From Phoronis australis (lineage: Eukaryota > Animalia > Phoronida): DNA of 62,483 bases. A program made the position numbers and the translations under genes. The notes under the pieces were generated by a model, which worked only from the letters and a program-made list of their open reading frames with translations, was not told the origin of the DNA and did not search any database. The stretch lies in the NCBI GenBank assembly GCA_002633005.1, contig NMRA01000332.1:400616-463098 (forward strand). Direction: 5' to 3'. Positions 50,081 through 60,692 of the stretch are shown here, in pieces; positions within the stretch are counted from its first letter, which is position 1, and each line of letters begins with the position of its first letter.

Positions 50081-52298
50081 ATATCCTGTGGGTTAACTGT
50101 GTAGCCGTACTCTGTGCTATATTGGTTGTTGCCTACGCTTAAACGATGTTGAAATTTTGTATACCATTTTCTAAAAACAGCTTTTAAGGGTATATTCCCA
50201 GGGTTCGAGAAGTCATATGCCGGGCAGCCAAAACAATGGGACAGCAGTGTGTTTTTTAAATAGCCACTCTTAACTTATTTGGTGACATCATTCCCATACA
50301 GTTACAGGAGACTGACAGACACTGTAAAAGTATTTGTGTAGGCTCCACTGTATCCAAGTTTTTGACTGCTGAACATATCAGCATTTTACCCAATAAGTCT
50401 TGTTTTGTTTAGCCAATTTTAAGAGTATCTTGAAAAGATGTCAAGTGTAGTCAGTCCCATGTTTGCTTATACGAAGATGACTACAATACAAGACAAATTC
50501 AGTAATCAGACAAAATACTGTTTTCCCATCGTGGCGGCTAATTTTGTTAGCAATAATTACTATTAGGGTGGAAAAATTCTCATGATTGCAGAATGCCTTG
50601 ACCCACCTTACTTTACCGCCAATTCCCGTTCATTCTCAATCATGTGGGAAACTTACTGTAATGATGAATTTGGCTTCCACCGTACCGTCATGACAGAGAA
50701 ATCTGGGTCGTTTTATGGACGGTGTACTTAAAAAGTTTGGAAAATTTAGGAAGTGTCCTTTTAACAACCAGTCCATGATCTACATTGCATTAGCCAAAGC
50801 TCCATGTAATGTCACTCTGGTAGACATGCCTACATGTTCTTGTTTTGTTAGTGTCTAATAGCAGCTGTTGAGTTAATTACCCTTGGGGTCAGTATGACTG
50901 TTCACAGGGACGTCATGATGTCACTGTAGATAAGAGTGGCTATGCTGATATCTTCTCAGGCCTAACCCAAGTAAACCTACTCTGACTGAATTCTTATAGA
51001 AAAACAATTTATGTTTAATTACTGGCTTTGTTGGTTGTTGGTGTTTTTGGTTGAACCTACTGTTTTCATAACAAAATCATCATTAATCCCTTGTGTTCAC
51101 TGACTTGTGATAAACCTGCAGCTGTATCACATCTATTCAAGAAAGCTGGCTTTTTCAACTAGGTTATGTTTTTTGGTCATTACTTGGACTTTGATAAAGT
51201 CAGCCATTTCAATTACATGTACCGATCATGCAGTTATTTCTGTAATGGTTATGACCATATAACATTCTTGGTAAATAATATACCTTACAATTTTCTGAAA
51301 AAATTCTGTTCCTGGTGAAGCACGCTGATTTCGATTCCCTTGATGTGTCAAGTGATGCCAAAGTGCAGTCTTGGGTAAAAACTGTCACAAAATCGTGTGA
51401 AACAAAGTCACTGCCTCATAGGTGAAATTGTGGATATTCTGGGAGTATTAAAAAATGCAGCGATCCCGAATATAATGCCATACCCTCTCTTCAGACGGCT
51501 AATTCTGTTAACAGCAAAAATGACGGGTTATGATTACCTTGGGTGCAAGAGCTCTATTTTCAGAATGATTAAACCATCTTAATAACTTTTCTATTAACTT
51601 GCCTTCGTTCTCTGGGGAAAGGTCACTGTGATGATAAAGTCGGCTTCTGCCCAGCCCTTATGACATCTGACTAATCTTGGTTTGTGCTGTACAAGGCCAG
51701 TCGTCATTTTCTTGGTGTCAGTCATGTCTACAGTGATAAATGGTGTCAAACCTACTATAACATATTGGCTGGCTAAAGCCATTCCATTAAAATATTGATT
51801 AAATGACAAAACAGGACCTGTTATGATTTTTGAAATGACAAACATGGTCTTTTAGTTGAAGTTTAATATGTGCTTCCTGGTAAAACTATAATTTTATATA
51901 TGCTAGAACATAAGGTGATTACCGTATATGTTGATTTTATGGTGCAGTAGCAGAGGGTTACCTAGACTGATGGCACATTTAGTTGGATGCATGAAACAGT
52001 CCCAAAAAGCGATTTGACCAAGTTCCATAAATTAGTCTGTAAATTTCTGTGTACTTGCAAAATGTTGTTTTTCTATTACTTCATCTTTATTATAGCCAAC
52101 TTTTTACTCAAGCTATAGGTTTAGAACGACTTAGTACAAGAATTTTGCTTTCTGATAATCCCTGCCTAAGCTATTAACTTATATTAACTCAGATTATAAG
52201 TAACTTAATGTTGAAAGTAAAATAATGGGAATATTGTTATATAACTCAATTAATTCCGAAATCTGCTAAATGCTTTAGGTTCACTGTCAACTCACCTC

Positions 52299-52569
52299 AT
52301 TACAACTATTATTAAAATCTCTGACCTCTTGTCTATTTACATTGCCACGATGTTTCGGTCGGTCTATTCTCCGGCCATCATCAGGTGTTCCAGTGTTCTT
52401 AGAAGAACGAGCACGGGTATGTGGTACACTCATCATGGTGTGATTTTTTCGATTATATGTTGTCCGAGGAAGGATATGAATCCACGACTTATGAAACTAT
52501 AGATATGACGGAGGGAAACATTGTGACAATGCAAATAGACAAGAGGTCGGTGTAAATAGACCAAGAGAG
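52299..52569 (-). mobile_element. Short Penelope-like insertion with an internal inverted repeat and an 11-bp flanking direct repeat
   Basis: CAACTCACCTC at 52288-52298 and 52570-52580. A ~34-bp inverted repeat at 52323-52356 / 52515-52548. Hammerhead core on the minus strand. Confidence 0.6.
52346..52387 (-). ncRNA. Minimal type I hammerhead ribozyme-like motif (probably degenerate)
   Basis: The minus strand reads CAC-CUGAUGA-U-GGCCGG-agaauaga-CCGACC-GAAAC-AUC-GUG. Core boxes are intact, helix II pairs 5 of 6 bp, helix I is CAC/GUG, and the NUH triplet is AUC. Confidence 0.55.
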
Positions 52570-53082
52570 CAACTCACCTCGTACATCAGATAGGTTTTGT
52601 GATGCCACGAGGTTGTGGTTCTGCAGTGTATTGCTTTTATTTCTCAGGGGAGGGAATGTACAAATTTTATGGTATCTGGCAGAACCAGGTGATATCTAAT
52701 CTGGTTTTTAGATGCCATGCTTTATAAGTGTTACAATTTACAAATGTTGGACTCTCACTGGAATTCAATTTAATTCCTGTGACAAGTCATTGATAGCTTC
52801 AGCACCTGTTCACTTTTATTATCTCATAGTTTGTAATTAATGGGGGTTGTTTCATCACGGGGGTTATCTTTCTATTAGTGCACAGGGGTGCCACGGCACA
52901 TTCAAAATCCAAAAATCCAGAGGAACTCAAAACTTGAGTAACAGCTCGGAAATTGGGTAGCCGAATCAATACCATAAGGAAAATACCTTTCTAGAGATAA
53001 TGAAGCTTTCATCCCCTCTCACTGGAAGGCAATTCTTCTATTTGTCTGCCTGAAAGTTACCTGAAAGGTAATGTACTCAACC

Positions 53083-53348
53083 CATGCGCGCACCTAGGGG
53101 GGCTCAAAGGAGCCCCCCATTTGGCGAAGTGGGCAAAAGAGTCTGCCTCAGAGAAACAAAAGGTCCCAAAAAATAGAGAACAAGACAAAGGTCCAGTAAA
53201 AAGGCAGGAAATACCAAAATTCTGCAAATGCACTATTCATAGCTCTGAAAGTGCCCCTTTTTAAGTTAAAGATCCACATTTTTTAGTAAAAGGTCCATAT
53301 CCTCAAAAATTCGAGCTCCCTCCATTTTTTAGGCTGGGTGGTCGCATG
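53083..53348 (+). mobile_element. MITE family A, best-preserved copy
   Basis: TIRs CATGCGCGCACCTAG / CTGGGTGGTCGCATG. Exact 5-bp TSD CAACC (53078-53082, 53349-53353). Confidence 0.8.
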
Positions 53349-54522
53349 CAACCACGCAATACGGAGAGCCCAAAATACCAACTCCTACCGGATAGCCCAG
53401 CTCCTTGGTTTTATCATTATAACTTTTTAAGTGTTGTGGTGCCTTTGTGGAAGTGTTTATTACATCGTGCCAGTGTTATCGCCATTGAATATAACTGATG
53501 TGATTTATTGAGTGTTTTTAAACAAACACACCTCTGTGTTCTCATTTTCGATCATTGCTATTTTTTCTTTCTAACGCTCTCAATAACATGTTTATACCTG
53601 TAATGTCTTAAATGATAAAATATGTTAAAGTTCGAATTTGCTTTTAGATTTATAAGCTGTTGTAAAGTTATATTGTAATTTTATTAAACCGAAGCTCTAT
53701 ATACATGTACCTATTTTAATTCAAAAACTGCCAGTGTTAGCTAGCCATCACCTAATGTAGGTGTATAATGCCCTGTTTATTTATAATAGTGAGTTGGTTG
53801 ATGTAGTGTATTGGGGACGATCAGAAGCTGAGGACGCCTGTGGTTGTTCATTAAGATCAACACGGTTATCACACTAGTCTAATGTAAATTTATAATAGTG
53901 AGTTGGTTGTTCATTAAGATCAGCACGTTATCACACTAGTCTAATGTAAATTTTGGCTGCATGCAGATACTTAGTTAAAATTTACATCACTATGCGATAT
54001 TTCAGCCTTTGATATATGTGTGCGTACAAAGTCCAATCATGTCATTGTTCATAGTAACAAGATGCCCGGTACATTGTCAAAATAAGGCAGGGTGTTCTCT
54101 AATATGTTCGTTTTTGTAGGAAATGTAACGGTTTATCTTGATACCTTCAAAATATTTAAAATAGTCGGGTAAATGTCGTGGTCAAACGTCAATGGCATCG
54201 GAAATAAAGCGTGAGCGGGATTTTTACTTCCCGGTGCTGAGACGCTTAATAAGTTCCCGACGACGGGTCATCAATATGTCAAAGAAATGTGATCTGCGTT
54301 CTTAAACAGCTTTGATGATTATTATCTCGTTCCCTTTCGGATCTATCTGTTGTCTGTTCCCAAACAGTGAAAATAAATCTGTGGAAGTCGAATTCAGATT
54401 GCTTTAATTTCTCAGCTGATATTTCAAACTGAAAATAGATTTATCCTTTCGGAAGGTGGTTCTAGATGTTGATGCGATGTTTGGGGACAAGATGGTCAGG
54501 GAAGTGACTGACAGAGCTGGCT

Positions 54523-57500
54523 TTAGAATTCCTCCACTATGATGCTGGTTGGTTCGTTATATCCGGTGTAAGCATCACCTAACTCTACACCTGGTGACTT
54601 GTCGCAAGGACCAACGTTCAGTCGTATTTCAGTGTTGCCCGACGGTAGACCTTGACACACGCCATCAACTGAAAATGTACGACACGTCATCACCTATGTC
54701 TCACAAAAATTCTCTGTCCAGATGAAAAATTGTCACCACGGCTCAAATTGTAACAACGCTTGAATTGCGACTCTTTTATAAAAAAATGATTAAGTGCTTC
54801 GTGTTTTTTGAAAAATAGTTTTCTAACTGTACTGCTGAGGGCTCTGTCACACCTAACTCGTTCTCAGAAAAATCTCGGTGAAACCGACCGTCTAGGGAAT
54901 TGCGGGAACGGGCAGTTTGATTCAAAACAACACGTTTAATGGTACATCATGATATAGCCTTAAACCGGATTATAACAAGTGTCCCGAACGTTTATTCGAT
55001 GTTCACCCAGTTTTAGCCCTGGGTTCAACTATTCTTGAGAACGTGTGGAAACTAATTTGATGTGACAGCTCGCTTATCAAATTCAAAGACGAACACTTCT
55101 TTCTAAAGCACGAGCGCCTCTTCTTGTCCTGGAAAAGGTTTCTATTTGTGTTCGTAAATACTATCTGGAGTGGGACAGCATAATGGTTGGCGAACTCCAC
55201 CTCAGTTGCATACCTACCGGTCATTGGGATGTGCTCAGGCGCGGCCTTTCCCGCGTAGTAAATTGAGTCGATCTTTTGCGGATTCCTACACTCTGCTGAA
55301 CCAAATGAGAAGTACCAGCGATTACATCCGTTCTTTTTGTCTTTGTGCGCATGTACATGAACATTCCCGACCCATGTGACGCGGAGAGATGACGAGGCAC
55401 TTTTCTTCGTGTACCAAACGGTCTGAAGAAAGGAAATCATTAGGGCCAGTGCAGAAGAAGAGCTTTGCTCCTCGAATGCAAATGATCTCGCTAATAGCTC
55501 ACGTGTGCGGAAAGATGATCTATGAGGAGTTTGCCTCGCGAGACGTTGACTAAGTGACGTAAATGTCTCTTTTGCTGGATTTGTTTTACTTGGCTATAGT
55601 GAGTCATACTATTCGGCAAGTTGAACTAGAAACTTAGCTGATTACTTCGGAAAATTAATTATTGCATCAACAAATCTCTATGTTTACTTTGATTTCGTCG
55701 AACGTCTAGCTCATAACTTCGGTGAGCATTTTTTTCGCTATTTGCGAGTAACAATGTAATTTTGACTTCAGGCAGAGGACTGAGCTCGTCGTTCTCCGGC
55801 GTCTGCCCGGCGTTGGACCTTACTCTTTCGACTTTCGATAGATCTATAACGACTTATCATCAACTGATGTCTGGTTTGGCGATGTGTACAGGGTGTACCA
55901 AAATGTTAAGAAAATGTAAAAGATGAGTGCTGTGAATTATGCGTTCATAATTATTTGGTATATCTTTTGCAATAATTGTGAAGTGGGTCTTGAAAAATAA
56001 TTGAATGATCAAACTTGAGCGAATGTGTTGTCTCTGAGAATATACAGTATACATGATAAGGGCTTTTTCCAACCATTGTGAAGTGGGAACATAAAACTAG
56101 ATTTTTGCCAAAGGTCTTGCGTCACTTTTATGAAATGGGCTCCTGGGCTGAGTTGCATAAAGCTTCAAAAGTTATCCGCTGGATAAGTTTGATTGTTGCG
56201 TGACGTCAGGTGCATTGTTTAACAATAACAACGTGGCGCGTGATAATGCAACGTCATTGTTGCTGTACTTTGTATTACTTTTATGCAACTGGGCCCTGGT
56301 GAATCAAAGGAAGTAGCACCAGGAGGTGTAAACGATTCCATGGTCGTGCCTCTAAATTTCGATTGCGTGGGAATGGAGTTTGGCATAACGCTAAATCGTC
56401 GTGAGAGACCGTCCGGAGTTGGTATATGGGACGGTCTGGGGTCAACAGAAAAAATACAGTTCAACTGTGAGTCTAAGCCAAAGTGATAAACGAGAGAAGT
56501 TCTACTTGCTTCGTCTGTGGCAGGTATGCTTATGTCTTTTATGACACACAATGTGTGACTGGGCAAAGCATTTTCAAAATAATTTGGATAAATCAGTGGA
56601 GTGTGAGACCCCTGAGGTCCCTGTCAAGTCCTCACGACAATTCTACGTTATGGCCACCGCCCGCGCGGGTACGGAATGTAGTTTGGTACTTAGTCTTGTG
56701 GAATTCATGGACGAGGGTATGGAGTTTGTACCGTGGCTTGATGGTCCAGGACTGAGGTTTAAAGAGGATCGAAACTGGACTTAGAAGGCGTGGACATAGA
56801 ATCGCTTCCAATCCCTGAGCATAGACTATTATTTTCAATTCCTTGGTTTCGCGACTACTGGTGCACGGTCTTGGTATATACCTTTAGAATGCCGTTGTCG
56901 AGCTCGCTGTTCATGGGGCTTATAGGGAATTGTTCCACGTGTATGCCAGCACCGCTATTGCCTGTAAGAGAAATGAATCAGTGTAAGGTTGGTACAAAAC
57001 TACGCTTAAGTTATGATTAGCTCTACACCTTTGTGTTCAACAGCCGGCTCACACGTCCGTGCCACTCCTGCAAGCAACTGTACCTGATGAACCAATGAAC
57101 CACACATTAGTTATAACGTCATATCCCAGTCTCCAAAACGCAAAACGAACTATTGCCACGTATTACAAGCCAAGTTTTACACTCCCTATGTCAAAAATTG
57201 CATATCATAATTCTTGTTGGGTGGGCTTTCCCCAAAGTTGCCGGGTAATTCGCTAAAAGCGTAGGTCACGCTTGCCCGTTTAGCATAGGCTTTGAAAGGA
57301 GTTTTTGAATTTTCCTCCCAAGTTCTTATGGTCGTAGAGGGTTATAGAGCATTATTTTGCTTCGGAGAATTGGATGGGAAAGTCGTTTTCTAACATCTGT
57401 TAATAGGCCCAAAACCGGGTTTGGTATCCTTTTAACAATCGGTTTTTGCCTTGCAAACCATCAATTTTCTTCGCCACAAATTTGCCTCATTTCCAATGAC

Positions 57501-58146
57501 GACGTCTATTTTCCGCCACAAAGTCCATCATTGAGCTGCTCAATGTATTTTTGCAGACGTACCTGTATCTTTAATCGGCAATTGTTGGAAGGTGTTGCAC
57601 CCCATCAATACCTTAACTTTCGCCTTCGGGCGTGAAAAGAGGCACCGAAACAGCTCTTTGTGTACGGCTCGGTGACTGCATATGCTTAGGGTCACGTTAG
57701 CTAATATGCTTAAGCCTTAATGATTTGAGAAAGATATCAAGTTGCGCGTTCAAAAATTAACTAGTTTTGTTCAACTGTTATAGTTGCCGTGATAACTCTC
57801 AGGGGGATAAAGTAACGAATACTATTTTGATGTGTAGATCTCGTTTCGCACGGGATACAGCGACAACTAAAATGAGATTTAATACCCACTCACCTTTATT
57901 TCCTGCCGTGCTTGTCACCTTTGTTTGAAGTGATAACAACATCGAAAAGACATTTTGTATCGTTAGTTTCTGCAGGTGTAGTTCACTTTCCAGCTTGGAC
58001 AGTTGCGCTTTCGTCTTACTGTCCATTCCGGAAACGGTGTTTTGTAGAGCATTCACTTGTTTCTCGAGCTTTAACACCTTTTCTACCAATGGGTCCGCCA
58101 GACCACCGGAAGTTAGGGCAAAAATACATAGTGACAAAACTAACAT
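54523..58146 (-). CDS. Secreted protein with a coiled coil and a CTHRC1-like C-terminal domain (~227 aa, 4 coding exons)
   Basis: Exons 58146-57894, 56961-56882, 55422-55218 and 54668-54523, with GT-AG sites and compatible phases (1,0,1). Signal peptide MLVLSLCIFALTSGGLA. CTHRC1 motifs TKKSASSSLRVTW.GN, CNRWYFSF...EC..P..ID, VDGVCQGL, VGPC, GDAYTGY...SIIVEEF*. Confidence 0.88.
56146..56295. mobile_element. 150-bp Harbinger-like MITE in an intron of the CTHRC1-like gene
   Basis: TIRs GGCTGAGTTGCATAA / TTATGCAACTGGGCC, flanked by CTG on both sides (CWG-type TSD). Confidence 0.7.
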
Positions 58147-59446
58147 TTTTACACCAAACGCGACCAGCAGCCTGTGAAATCAACGAGTCTTTAGGTTGCT
58201 GTTGCGGAAGCACGTTTGATAAGGACAGGTGTAAGATGTCCCATGTGTATGTTTATCTCACCTGGGCTGAGTTCCGAAAAGCAAGTTTCTTGTGAGAAAA
58301 GAGAGTCCACGCAAGTCTGTGAGATATTGCCATGCTTTTGAAGTGCAACACATGATCACCCTATAGCTATACTCGCGAGTGTCTTGTGTCCACTGAACGC
58401 GTACCTGTACATCGCATGACAGCGTTTTCCTGTTCAGTGACTTTACCAGACGTAAGGGGTTCTGAGCGTGTGATAACATGTAGCTTCTTTGTTAACTACC
58501 GAGCACACTCTTCTGTGCGTTACGACAACAAGCAGGCAAATTGTCTACTAGTCTAATTACAGACTACGTGTGAACACAGTCAAACTCAGAGTGAATTGGT
58601 GTATTCGTAAAGAATAGATTGTCATAACAATTTACTTCGATTGCAGTTGTGCGATTTGTGGCGATTCAAAAACTAAACATGATCACCATTTGACAAATAT
58701 TTCAGAAATGCTACGTTCAAATATGTTTTAACTTAACTTTTATTTTTTACAACACAACCCAGTCAGGGTAGATATGATCTTACTGGAGATCAGAGCAATT
58801 ATCGAACAAAAGAGAGCTGGCCCACCATGCCAGAATGGAGTTAATCAGTCGTGTAAGATATTGGCTACAGGGGTGATCTTCCCAACTTGTTGTTGGGCTA
58901 TAGAATCGAACAAGTTGGAAGCAACGGGAAAATCCTTAATGTCAGAGCCCGAGACTGATAATCGATATCGAACTCAATGAAGGGATTCGTTATTCTGAGC
59001 TGGAATTTACAATGATTTGTGCATATCAGTTTACAATTCAAGTTCGAACTCGATGACCCCTAGATTTGAAACAAAAACTTGAGTACTAACACGTAGTTTC
59101 GAGTTCAGTCGGACTATAGAATTACTATACAATTATCCACGTAAGCCACTATGCTGGGGTACATAAGCCACTATGTACTCGAGCATACTGAGACAACTAG
59201 ACACTCGTGACAACGCACAAAAGTAGAATAGAAAATGCCTGAAATAATTTCAAATTCGATTTCGAGTAAAAAGATCATAAATGCCATCCAAATGTAAAAT
59301 TCTGTTTGGTCAAAGATATTTGAATATACAAGAAATGGCATTACGGCAAAATTTCGCTGTCTATATTGCTTTTGGGACACTCCATTACATATATCGTAGG
59401 TACTGAAATGAATACATTATAGTTCGAGCGGTTGCAACCCTTTGTT

Positions 59447-59753
59447 TACACAAATATCGTTAAAAACACTACGATTAGACTTTTTGTTTGCAAGCTTGAT
59501 ACTGTTACGCTCATGATTTCGGAACAGTCTACTTTCTTCGGGTGTGCAGATATGTAGTAAAACACTGAGAGACACAACAAACAAACAAACAAGTTAAAGC
59601 ACTAGCTAATTTGTTTGTTTATTTGTTATGTCTCTCGGTATTTTTCTACATACCTGCACACCCGAAGAAAGTAGACTGTTCCGAAATTATGAGCGTAACT
59701 GTATCAACCTTGCAAACAAAAAGTCTAGTCGTGTTTTTAACTAAGTTTGTGTA
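59447..59753. repeat. ~300-bp near-perfect fold-back palindrome (MITE-like)
   Basis: Arms of about 145 bp each (e.g. TTCGGAACAGTCTACTTTCTTCGGGTGTGCAG / CTGCACACCCGAAGAAAGTAGACTGTTCCGAA) around a short spacer. Confidence 0.9.
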
Positions 59754-60648
59754 CATGAATACATTCAGAACGTTTCGTCGCTAGAGTTGTTGAAATTTGT
59801 GCCGTTGAAGTCGGATGGATTGTCTCAATAATGAAGAAACTAAGTTTCATGAATTGTACATTTAATTTGGTGGCCAAATAAACTTTTTGGTAATTTTTCG
59901 TAAGTCTATGATGGGAAAAGGGTACCTAGCAATGTCACAGAGAAAAGGCTCGCTGGTTTTGGAGAATTTTGTAGAGACTAAATACTTTTAGATGTTCGGT
60001 CAGATGGGTTCTATGAGTATAGGCTAACTTGGTTTTGTCAGCAAGGCGCAAGCACGTGGGTTTAGGCAAATGACCAAGTAATGTTACCGGCGACAATGTC
60101 AGCATGTTTGGATGAGCCTCACCAAACGAGTTCAAACATCACGCCCTCAGAGATCGCCAGATACAACACTTTGCTAGCCCGAGTAGAGCTGAACTGAAAG
60201 CGATGGTGGCAAGTAGCCGACTGTTTATAGCTCTGAACGCATCGCAAATTTAGCAGCAAAATATCGGTAACTGAAGAACGCCAATTTTCCAACACCAGGG
60301 TAAATAATTTAGTTTACTCAAGGAAGAATAAGGATTTTTTAATGAGGCATCATTAATTTTGGCAGCGACAGGCCAGATGAATTGTATACGTGACAGAAGC
60401 CGGAGGGAGTGAAATTAAGCTGACGGAGTGACGTCACCCAGGGCATTGAGCCGACGAACTGACGTCACCAAGGCCAGTACGAAACTGGCCACCCTCCCTC
60501 CGCGTCTGCAAGAAAAAAATAGAACACCTCTAATCCAAATAGGGGGCCGGTGCAATACCTGGGACCAAGGCGGTGCCTAAACGGGCGCAACGAAGGTCTG
60601 TAGTGGAGCGGGGAAGACGGAGTTTGTGCAAGCGATGCATTTTATATA

Positions 60649-60692
60649 ATAGATAGATAGAAGATAGATAGATAGAACATAGATAGAAGATG
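60649..60692. repeat. (GATA)n-like microsatellite
   Basis: Imperfect ATAG repeats are directly visible. Confidence 0.85.

Noticed and set aside
56744-56780. GTCCAG...CTGAGG...GAAACTGGAC, resembling a type III hammerhead
   Set aside because: It lacks A9 of CUGANGA, the UH cleavage site, helix I and a proper helix II.
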